The notes under the pieces were generated by a model. That model was given only the letters and a program-made list of their open reading frames with translations, searched no databases and was not told the origin of the DNA. From contig JBFLZG010000031.1 in assembly GCA_040756235.1 (NCBI GenBank), forward strand, positions 1 to 29,767: a DNA stretch of 29,767 bases, given 5' to 3'. Below, piece after piece: positions 9,634 to 17,168 of the stretch. Source of the DNA: a bacterium (lineage in GTDB: Bacteria > Desulfobacterota > DSWW01). Every line of letters starts with the position of its first letter. Positions within the stretch are counted from its first letter, which is position 1. The position numbers and the translations under genes are program-made.

Positions 9634-10479
9634 TCAAGGCGAATGAGTCGATCGATGCGACGGGTTCTCGCCGGGTCGTGTCGGGCGCTCATCGTCCGTT
9701 CGCCGTGCCGGCCGCCCTGGCCGGCCGCTCGCCAGGGATTTGGCCAAAGTGACTGCCGCGACCATGGAGGCCCCGGACGCCAGCAGAATACGGGCAAGCT
9801 CTCGAACGGTCGCCCCCGTGGTGCATACGTCATCGACGATCAGGATCGATTTTCCGCGGATGGCCTCTCTGTCCCGGACCGCAAAAGCCTGGCGCAGGTT
9901 TCGCCTCCGCTTGGCTCCCGTGAAGAGACTCTGGGAAGGCGTGTCGCGAGCTCGGAGGACGGCGTGGAGCTCCACGGGAAAGCCGGTGCGCTCGGACAGC
10001 GGCCCGGCCAGGAGGACCGACTGGTTGAACTCCCGGTCCCGGAGCCTTGCCGGATGGAGCGGAACCGGGAGCAGGAGATCAAAAGAGGCGGCCGGAAAAA
10101 GCTCACGGAAGCGGTCGGCCAGAAGCCGGCCCAGAGGTCTGGCGAGCAGCACCCGCCCGCCGTACTTCAGCCCGAGGATGGCGTCGCGCAAAGCGCCGGA
10201 GTAAGGGCCCAAGGCTCGCACGGCCACGTTCGGCAGCGCGGGAACGGTCTCCGTCAGGCACTCGGGGCACCAGAGCTCCACGTCCTCCTCCGCCTCAGGC
10301 AGCGGAGCACCGCAGCGCGAGCAGAAGGGAGGCCGGAAGGACTCGAAGGACCTCAAACAGGAGGGGCAAAAACCATCGTTCCGTCCGACGGGGACGGCGC
10401 GGCACAAGGGACATGCCCGCGGCAGAACGACCGAGAGGAGCTCGTCCAGAAACTGCGCGGCGCCGCACGGCAAGCGCAC
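9634..10479 (-). CDS. comF: ComF-family protein (double zinc ribbon plus phosphoribosyltransferase domain)
   Basis: Four CxxC motifs; PVPLHPARLRDREFNQS; ILIVDDVCTTGAT; GGAG RBS before GTG. Confidence 0.92.
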   Translation of the reverse strand: MRLPCGAAQFLDELLSVVLPRACPLCRAVPVGRNDGFCPSCLRSFESFRPPFCSRCGAPLPEAEEDVELWCPECLTETVPALPNVAVRALGPYSGALRDAILGLKYGGRVLLARPLGRLLADRFRELFPAASFDLLLPVPLHPARLRDREFNQSVLLAGPLSERTGFPVELHAVLRARDTPSQSLFTGAKRRRNLRQAFAVRDREAIRGKSILIVDDVCTTGATVRELARILLASGASMVAAVTLAKSLASGRPGRPARRTDDERPTRPGENPSHRSTHSP

Positions 10480-10493
10480 GTGCTTTCTCCATG

Positions 10494-10609
10494 CAGGTAT
10501 CAGGTATCAGGTATCAGGTTCCAGCACCCAACCCCCAGAACCCAAGAAGAGGCTGATGAGGTTTCCCCCCGGGCTGGGTTGATGAGAGGGGACCTGGCAC
10601 CTGACACCT
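10494..10609. repeat. Inverted heptamer array 1
   Basis: (CAGGTAT)x3 CAGGTTC CAG at 10494-10524; complementary ACCTGGC ACCTGAC ACCT at 10592-10609. Confidence 0.8.
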
Positions 10610-10613
10610 CATC

Positions 10614-11093
10614 TTATTTCGGGTACGGCAGGCCGTGGAGAATCGCCACGGAGCGGTAGAGTTGCTCCAGGAGAACGAGCAGGGCCAGCTCGTGCGAGAG
10701 CGTCATCGCAGAGATCGAAAGGACCAGGTCGGCCTCCCGGAGCAGGTCGGCCGACAGGCCAAGAGGGCCGCCCACGACGAACGTGAACCGAGACCGCCCG
10801 TGCTGCATGTGTCCTTCGAGCCAGGCCGCCAGATCGGCCGACCGGAAAGAGGTGCCTCGCTCGTCGACCATGACCCGGACGTTGCGTCCGCCGAGAGCCT
10901 CGAGGATTCGTCCTTTCTCCACCGCCAGAGCTGAAACGACCGAGGTCCCGCTGCGCAGGGGCACGGCCCGGATCTGCTTGATGGAGAGCGATGCGTGGCC
11001 GCTGATCCGCTTGCGGTAGTGCTCGATAGCGGGCTGCACGAAGGGGACGGTCGATTTGCCGACCGTGAGCAGGGTGAGATTCAGTCCTCCCAA
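10614..11093 (-). CDS. rlmH: 23S rRNA pseudouridine-1915 N3-methyltransferase
   Basis: FVVGGPLGL, MTLSHELALLVLLEQLYR and LPYPK end; follows rsfS. Confidence 0.93.
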   Translation of the reverse strand: MGGLNLTLLTVGKSTVPFVQPAIEHYRKRISGHASLSIKQIRAVPLRSGTSVVSALAVEKGRILEALGGRNVRVMVDERGTSFRSADLAAWLEGHMQHGRSRFTFVVGGPLGLSADLLREADLVLSISAMTLSHELALLVLLEQLYRSVAILHGLPYPK

Positions 11094-11536
11094 TCCGAGC
11101 TCTCCTCGGACCCCTGGGGGGAGTCTTCCTGCGCTCGGTCGATTTCAGGGTCACGGACCGCGGGCGCATCCGACCAGAGCTTTTCGAGAGAGTAGAGCTC
11201 GCGCGTCGGCTCGTAGAAGACGTGGATGATGACGTCATCATAGTCGAGGAGGATCCAGATCCCCTCCTGCATTCCTTCCACGCCGAGCGGGATCTGCCTG
11301 ACCTTCGCCTTCATCCGGGTTTGAACGTGCTCTGCGATCGCGCGGGTCTGCCGCACGGAACGCCCGGAGCAGATCACGAAGTACTCTGCAATGGAGCTGA
11401 GCTCTCCGATCTCGAGGACGGTCATGCCCAAGGCCTTCTTCTCGAGTGCCAGTTTCGCGCAAAGGAGGGCCTTCTCCCTGGGCGCGATGTCCTCGGGCTG
11501 ACGGGCGACAAGGGATCTCTTGTCGTGGGACTTCAT
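11081..11536 (-). CDS. rsfS: Ribosome silencing factor (iojap family)
   Basis: WILLDYDDVIIHVF and RELYSLEKLW motifs; ATG 11536 after AGGAAGGAG. Confidence 0.93.
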   Translation of the reverse strand: MKSHDKRSLVARQPEDIAPREKALLCAKLALEKKALGMTVLEIGELSSIAEYFVICSGRSVRQTRAIAEHVQTRMKAKVRQIPLGVEGMQEGIWILLDYDDVIIHVFYEPTRELYSLEKLWSDAPAVRDPEIDRAQEDSPQGSEESSDWED

Positions 11537-11630
11537 TCTCTCCTTCCTATCAGGCTGGTGAAAACGCTCCTTCAAATGCCGCCCTCGGAGGGGCCCTCCT
11601 CTAGGAGCCCGTCCAAGAATTCGGCCCCAG

Positions 11631-11794
11631 GAGGCTGTTCAGAAATGTCCAGATGCAAGGCGCGCGAAATCCTGAGGAATGAGGCGTACATGGGAGTACG
11701 CCACAATGACCCCGGCCTTCGCCGGGGCAGGCTCCCCCGCCTCCATGCCGCGCCATGAGCGCAACGCCGCAGATGGGCATTTATGGACAGCCTC
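11631..11794 (+). mobile_element. MITE-like palindromic element, copy 1 (164 bp)
   Basis: GAGGCTGTTCAGAAATGTCC...GGGCATTTATGGACAGCCTC; flanks CCAG/CTAG; homologous to three other copies; mobility inferred. Confidence 0.8.
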
Positions 11795-12520
11795 CTAGCG
11801 ATAAAGGCCGTTCTTTCTGATGTATTCGATCACTCTTTCCGGCACGAGGTAGCGGACCGACTTGCCCTCGCGGATGCGTTTTCGGATCTGGGTCGCCGAG
11901 ATGTCGAGCAGGGTGATCTCCTGGAAGAAGATCCTCCTTCCGCTCTCGTGGATCAGCAAAGATCCGTCTGCCTGAGCTTCCCGGAAACGGCACGCCACCT
12001 CCGGCGGGAGCACCTGTTCGAGACGGGGCCGTATGTAGCCGGGCCGGGTGGTCACGATGAAGTCCGCGAGATGAAAAAGCTCCTGAAACCGGTGCCAGGT
12101 GCCGATCTCGCGGAAGCTGTCCATACCCATGATGAAGAAGAGCGCGCTGCCCGGATCCAGCCCGGTCCTGCAGGTGCGCAGCGTGTCGACGAGGTACGAA
12201 GGGCCCTCACGGTTGGCCTCCACCTGGGAAATGCCGAACCACGGCGCTTCCCGGATCGCTTCCCGGAGCATTTCGATGCGCTGTTCGACGCAGGTGAAGT
12301 CTCTGGTCTTCTTGTGAGGCGGCACCCGTGCAGGGAGAAATTCGAGCCGGCACAATCGGAAGATCTCCCGAATTTCCTCGGCCGCACGCAGATGCCCGAA
12401 GTGAATGGGGTCGAAGGTGCCGCCGATCATCCCGAACTGCTTCTGCGAGAATGGACGCACGGCCGGGCCGTCCTCCGCCGGTACGGAGTGCGCACATGAA
12501 GGCCCTTCTGCTGAATGCAC
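11795..12520 (-). CDS. nadD: Nicotinate-nucleotide adenylyltransferase
   Basis: GGTFDPIHFGH, FIMGMDS, ISATQIR and YIRKNGLY motifs; start uncertain (GTG 12520 after AAGGAAGAGG). Confidence 0.93.
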   Translation of the reverse strand: MHSAEGPSCAHSVPAEDGPAVRPFSQKQFGMIGGTFDPIHFGHLRAAEEIREIFRLCRLEFLPARVPPHKKTRDFTCVEQRIEMLREAIREAPWFGISQVEANREGPSYLVDTLRTCRTGLDPGSALFFIMGMDSFREIGTWHRFQELFHLADFIVTTRPGYIRPRLEQVLPPEVACRFREAQADGSLLIHESGRRIFFQEITLLDISATQIRKRIREGKSVRYLVPERVIEYIRKNGLYR

Positions 12521-12530
12521 GCCCTCTTCC

Positions 12531-13580
12531 TTATGTCTCGCCCGCCTCACGCAAAGGCGGCTCTCGATGATCTCGGGACGCAGATGCACGGAAAACATCA
12601 CCCATGTGGCGCACCAGAAGGGGAACCCCTTCACCGGTCCTCGCGGAGATGAAGAACAGCGGCAGCCCTTGCGGGCCTGTTCTGCCCAGGAGCGGCTCCA
12701 CCCGAGCCCTGCCCAGGGGGAGGTCGATCTTGTTCAGAGCGATGATGCGGGGCTTTGCCGCAAGGCGGGGTGAGAAACGGGAAAGCTCCTCCAGGAGGAT
12801 CCCGTAAGCCCGAAGGGGGTCGTCTTCCAGGGGGTCGCTCGCATCCAGGAGCATCAACAGGACGGCCGCGCGTTCGATGTGACGGAGGAAACGCAACCCG
12901 AGACCCTCGCCTCTGGACGCGCCCGGCACGATTCCCGGGATGTCCGCCACGACCAGGCTCTGATCCTCATCCACGCGTGCGATGCCGAGGTGGGGGACCA
13001 GCGTGGTGAACGGGTATGCCGCGATCTTGGGTCGGGCCGCGGAAACGCAGCTGATGAACGTGGACTTTCCTGCGTTCGGCAAGCCGACGATGCCGATGTC
13101 GGCGAGCAGCTTGAGCTCGCATCGAATCCGTCGGCTCTGCCCCGGCTGGCCTTCTTCTGCCACGTCTGGGGCGTGGCAGCGTGGCGTGACGAAGCGCATG
13201 TTTCCGCGGCCGCCGCGGCCACCTGCGGCGGCAACGAGGCGCTCTCCCGGCCGGCCGAGGTCGCCGAGGAGCTCCTCCGTCTCCACGTCGTATACGAGGG
13301 TGCCGGGCGGAACGTGGATGGTGCGGTCCGCTCCTCTTCTTCCGTGCTGTTGTTTTCCCTTGCCGTGCTTGCCGTTTTCGGCACGGCAGAAGCGCTGGAA
13401 GTGCAGGTCCAGGAGCGTGTTCCTTCTCCCGTCGGCTAGGATGACGACATCTCCGCCGCGGCCGCCGTCACCCCCGTCCGGTCCTCCCTTGGGTTTGTAT
13501 TTCTCCCGCAGAAAGCTCCGGCAGCCATTTCCGCCTTTGCCGGCTTGCACAAGGATTTCGACCTCATCGACGAACCGCAT
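12531..13580 (-). CDS. obgE: GTPase ObgE/CgtA
   Basis: Gly-rich Obg domain; GLPNAGKST, YPFTT, DIPG and NKID motifs. Confidence 0.97.
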   Translation of the reverse strand: MRFVDEVEILVQAGKGGNGCRSFLREKYKPKGGPDGGDGGRGGDVVILADGRRNTLLDLHFQRFCRAENGKHGKGKQQHGRRGADRTIHVPPGTLVYDVETEELLGDLGRPGERLVAAAGGRGGRGNMRFVTPRCHAPDVAEEGQPGQSRRIRCELKLLADIGIVGLPNAGKSTFISCVSAARPKIAAYPFTTLVPHLGIARVDEDQSLVVADIPGIVPGASRGEGLGLRFLRHIERAAVLLMLLDASDPLEDDPLRAYGILLEELSRFSPRLAAKPRIIALNKIDLPLGRARVEPLLGRTGPQGLPLFFISARTGEGVPLLVRHMGDVFRASASRDHREPPLREAGET

Positions 13581-13632
13581 GGAAATTCAACGGGATGAGG
13601 AATGCGATCTGCGGCAGGGGAGGGGCAAGAGG

Positions 13633-13887
13633 TCAGGCCGGACGGACATGGACGGTCTTCCTGTCCTTTCCTTTTGTCTGATAGGAAACGACGCCATCGA
13701 TCTTGGCGAACAGAGTGAAATCCCTGCCCATTCCCACGTTGACGCCGGGATGTACGCACGTGCCCAGCTGCCGGACCAGGATGCTTCCCGCCTTGACCTG
13801 TTCCCCGGCGAAGATCTTGATGCCCCTTCTCTGGCCTGCGCTGTCCCGGCCGTTGCGGGAAGCGCCGACACCTTTCTTATGCGCCAT
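13633..13887 (-). CDS. rpmA: 50S ribosomal protein L27
   Basis: [17 protein letters not shown]-terminus; 84 aa. Confidence 0.98.
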   Translation of the reverse strand: MAHKKGVGASRNGRDSAGQRRGIKIFAGEQVKAGSILVRQLGTCVHPGVNVGMGRDFTLFAKIDGVVSYQTKGKDRKTVHVRPA

Positions 13888-14227
13888 GGCTCGCTTCTCC
13901 CGTCAGAGTCGGATCGCCCCTTTCGATGGTCTTGATCCGAATGCCCGTGAAGGATTGCCGATGTCCCTGCTTCTTTCGATATCCCTTCTTTCGCTTGAAC
14001 TTGCAGATCAGCACTTTTTTGGCGCGCTTCTGAGCCAGGATCTCGGCCTTGACGCGCACGTCCTCCAGAAAGGGCGTCCCGACCCGGACCTCCCCCGCAT
14101 CCTGCACAAGGAGAACCTGGTCCAGGACGATCTCCTGGCCCGGCAAACCGTCTTGTTTTTCGATTCTCAGAAGGTCTCCTTCCGAGACCCGGTACTGCTT
14201 TCCGCCGGTCTTGACCACCGCGTACAT
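13877..14227 (-). CDS. rplU: 50S ribosomal protein L21
   Basis: [14 protein letters not shown] and KKQGHRQ motifs. Confidence 0.97.
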   Translation of the reverse strand: MYAVVKTGGKQYRVSEGDLLRIEKQDGLPGQEIVLDQVLLVQDAGEVRVGTPFLEDVRVKAEILAQKRAKKVLICKFKRKKGYRKKQGHRQSFTGIRIKTIERGDPTLTGEASHGA

Positions 14228-14273
14228 GTAGAAATCCCCCATCCCTGGCGCACTTTGGAATTCGATAAAACAC

Positions 14274-14302
14274 AATCTAGGGAATTCCCGGGCCAAAGTC
14301 AA
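14274..14302 (-). promoter_or_regulatory. Sigma-70 promoter of rplU-rpmA-obgE (TTGACT-17-TAGATT)
   Basis: Good -35/-10 matches with a 17-nt spacer; -10 ends 46 nt before the rplU ATG. Confidence 0.65.
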
Positions 14303-14340
14303 CGCACGATCCAAACTCCGCCGATTCCAAAGCAGAAAGG

Positions 14341-14466
14341 GAGGTATTAGGTATCAGGTTGAGGAGGTATCAGGTGTCAGGTATTAGGTGTCAGCGAGAG
14401 CAGAGGAACAAGAGACGATCTCTTCCTGATACCTGAAACCCGAAACCTGATACCTGAAGTCTGAAG
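14341..14466. repeat. Inverted heptamer array 2
   Basis: About 7 units of (C/T/G)AGGT(A/G)T at 14341-14394; 6 complementary CCTGA(T/A)A-like units at 14425-14466. Confidence 0.85.
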
Positions 14467-14481
14467 CGCCGGATGCCTTCG

Positions 14482-14982
14482 TCACCCGGCCAAGGGCAGG
14501 CTCTGTTCCCGGGCGCGTATCCGCTCTTCCGGGTAAGAAAAGGGAGGCTCGATGCTCTGCTCTTCCTGGAGGAGCTGGTAAGGCTCAAGGACGAGCGCCA
14601 GCTCCTGCTCGAGCACGGCCATGCCCCAGACGCCGAACATCCGAATCCGGGACCGTCTGGAGCTGGGGAACTGGAAGACGCAACGCTGGACCGGAATCTT
14701 GCAGATCTCGCCGACCCAGTCCACGGCCAGCCCGTATAGCCCGGACGGCCCCCGGAGCACGATCACCTCCTTCGAGCTCACGGAAGAGCCGGTCTCCAGC
14801 CCGAGCAGGCCGTCCAGGGAGTAGACCGAGACGGTCTGGTCCTGAAAGGGAAGGAAGCGAGGCATGTCCTTCATGAAGGGGGGCACGGTGATGATGCCCA
14901 AGACCTGATCCACGTCGAGACAGAAGCTCCGCTCCGCGGTCTCGAACCTCAGGAACTCGACATAATAAGATACCCTGCACAC
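14482..14982 (-). CDS. Orphan CheW-like protein
   Basis: FCLDVDQVLGI...VSVYSLDGLLGL...VIVLRGPSGLYGLAVDWVGEI fits the CheW pattern. Confidence 0.7.
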   Translation of the reverse strand: MCRVSYYVEFLRFETAERSFCLDVDQVLGIITVPPFMKDMPRFLPFQDQTVSVYSLDGLLGLETGSSVSSKEVIVLRGPSGLYGLAVDWVGEICKIPVQRCVFQFPSSRRSRIRMFGVWGMAVLEQELALVLEPYQLLQEEQSIEPPFSYPEERIRAREQSLPLAG

Positions 14983-15225
14983 GGGAAAACCTCGGGTTTG
15001 TGTTCGAGCTTTTTGGGTCCGCTCTGTGCCGCTGCAAGACGTGTACCGCCAGCGGTCCGGTCCGGCGGAGCGGGTACAAGAGGGAATCCAGGCGGGAAAT
15101 CAGGCCTGTGCCACGGCAGCAATCTGCCCCCGCGCTCCTGGCGCCAGGTAAATTTTTCAAGGCAAGGACAATTTTCGCGGGGGACTCAGGCTCTCACCAG
15201 TGCCCGCGGCCTGGCATTGATTTCA

Positions 15226-15380
15226 GAGGCTGGTCAAAAATGCCCGGATGCCAGGCAGGCGAAGTCCCGAGGAGTGAGGCGTACCTGAAAATCCGGCGGA
15301 CGGGTGGGGAGCCTGTCCCGGCGAAGGCCGGGTACGAAGAACGAGCCGAACGCAGCAGATGGGCGTTTTTCACCAGCCTC
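15226..15380 (+). mobile_element. MITE-like element, copy 2 (155 bp)
   Basis: 18/20 inverted ends GAGGCTGGTCAAAAATGCCC / GGGCGTTTTTCACCAGCCTC; TCA directly repeated on both flanks. Confidence 0.82.
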
Positions 15381-16940
15381 TCAGTAGGAGGTGATCTCGA
15401 ACTGCTCCACGTGAAAGTCCGAGCGCGTCTTTAGCTGAATGGCTTTCCCGCACTCCTTCTCCAGTCTCTCGAGATTGGCGTGCTCCTGCGCGTAGAGCAG
15501 ATTGGCGATATCCGGATGGAGGTTGAGCACGATCTTCTTGCCCCTGAGGTCGTTCTTCTCCCTCTGGAGCTGACGGAAGATCTCGTAGCAGATCGTCTGC
15601 CTGGATTTCACGTGGCCCTTTCCCTCGCAATACGGGCAGGGCTCGCACAGGGTCCGGACGATGCTCTCTCGGGTACGCTTCCGGGTCATCTCCACCACCC
15701 CCAGATCCGAGATCTTCAGGATGTTGGTGCGCGCCCTGTCCGCCTTCACGGCCTCGACCAACGCGTGGAAGACCTTGTCGCGGTGGTCCTTCTTCTCCAT
15801 GTCGATGAAGTCGATGATGATGATGCCGCCGATGTTCCGGAGCCGGAGCTGGTAGACGATCTCTTTGACGGCCTCGAGATTCGTCTTGAGGATCGTATCG
15901 TCGAGGTTGCGCTGCCCCACGTACTTGCCGGTGTTGACGTCGATGGCGGTCAGCGCCTCGGTTTCATCGATGACGATGTAGCCGCCCGACTTGAGCCACA
16001 CCTTCCGGTCCAGCGCCTCGCTGATCTGCACCTCGATCCGGTAGGCATCGAAGATCGGCTCGCTCTGCTCGTACAGTGTGACCTGGTTGCGGAGCTTGGG
16101 CATGAAGGTCTCGATGAAGGCGCAGACCTTGTCGTGCTCCTCATGGCAGTCGATCACCAAGCGGGTGACGTCGGGGGTGAAAATATCCCGGATCAGCCGG
16201 AGGGTGAGGTTGAGATCCTGATGCAGGAGCGCCGGGGCGGCCACTTGGTCTTTCCTGCTCTGGATCTCCTCCCAGAGCTTCATCAGATAATCCATGTCCG
16301 CCTTGAGCTCCTTCTCCGAGCGCCCCATGCTGACCGTCCGGATGATGAAGCCGGAGAAGGGAGGTTTGATCTTCTGGATGATCTTCTTGAGCCGTTGGCG
16401 CTCCTTTTCGTCCTCGATCCGGCGGGAGATGCCAATGTGGTTCACGGTGGGCATGAAGACCAGATAACGGCCCGGCAGGGAAGCGTGCATGGTCACCCGC
16501 GGCCCTTTGGTCCCCAGGGGGTCCTTGACCACCTGGACGAGGATCTCCTGGCCTTCCTTGAGCAGGTCTTCGATGTGGACCTCGTGCGTAGGGGGGGTAT
16601 TGGGGGAGACGACCTGGTCGTAGACTTCTTCCGCTTCCTCGGACTCCTCGAGGGGTTCCTCCAGGATCTCCTCGTTTTCCTCGGTGAGAAAGAAGCTGTA
16701 GTCGGCCAGCTCGTCCTGATGGACATCCGTGACGTACAGGAAAGAGGCGCGGTCCAGCCCGATGTCGACGAAGGCGGCCTGCATGCCGGGCAGCACGCGC
16801 AGAACGCGGCCCTTGTACATGTTGCCTACGTGGCCCGTCTTGTGGCCGCGCTCCGTGTAGAGCTCGGTCACCACGCCGTTCTCGATCAGGGCCGCACGGG
16901 TCTCGTAAGGCGTAACATTGATCACCAATTCATTGGGCAT
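15381..16940 (-). CDS. rng: Ribonuclease G (Rne/Rng family)
   Basis: S1 region PGMQAAFVDIG; IDVNTG, GGIIIIDFIDM and CPYCEGKG motifs; no long RNase E tail; ATG 16940 after GGAAGAGG. Confidence 0.95.
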   Translation of the reverse strand: MPNELVINVTPYETRAALIENGVVTELYTERGHKTGHVGNMYKGRVLRVLPGMQAAFVDIGLDRASFLYVTDVHQDELADYSFFLTEENEEILEEPLEESEEAEEVYDQVVSPNTPPTHEVHIEDLLKEGQEILVQVVKDPLGTKGPRVTMHASLPGRYLVFMPTVNHIGISRRIEDEKERQRLKKIIQKIKPPFSGFIIRTVSMGRSEKELKADMDYLMKLWEEIQSRKDQVAAPALLHQDLNLTLRLIRDIFTPDVTRLVIDCHEEHDKVCAFIETFMPKLRNQVTLYEQSEPIFDAYRIEVQISEALDRKVWLKSGGYIVIDETEALTAIDVNTGKYVGQRNLDDTILKTNLEAVKEIVYQLRLRNIGGIIIIDFIDMEKKDHRDKVFHALVEAVKADRARTNILKISDLGVVEMTRKRTRESIVRTLCEPCPYCEGKGHVKSRQTICYEIFRQLQREKNDLRGKKIVLNLHPDIANLLYAQEHANLERLEKECGKAIQLKTRSDFHVEQFEITSY

Positions 16941-16960
16941 GGCCGAATGACCTCTTCCTA

Positions 16961-17117
16961 GAGACTGTCCCAAAACGCCCATCTGCGGCGTTCGGTTCGT
17001 GGCGAGGTGAGGCGGGGAGCCTGCCCCGGCGAAGGCCGGGGTCCACTGTGACTCCCAAGTACGCCTCATTCCTCAGGACTTCGCCTGCCTGGCATGTGAG
17101 CATTTTCGAACAGCCTC
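16961..17117 (-). mobile_element. MITE-like element, copy 3 (157 bp), opposite orientation
   Basis: Reverse complement GAGGCTGTTCGAAAATGCTC...GGGCGTTTTGGGACAGTCTC aligns with the other copies. Confidence 0.8.
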
Positions 17118-17168
17118 TCAAATCGAGCCTGTTGAGACAGACTCTTCCGTGTGACCGCAAGCGGCATT

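Noticed and set aside
15099..15115. TGGCAC on the minus strand upstream of the CheW-like gene as a sigma-54 promoter
   Set aside because: The -12 position reads TGAT and lacks the required GC
16941..17069. ORF-track N-terminal extension of rng (likewise pilS 26615-26728, selA 19730-20047, nadD 12521-12634, rplU 14228-14314)
   Set aside because: The extensions run through repeat elements, promoters or neighbouring genes; better starts exist downstream
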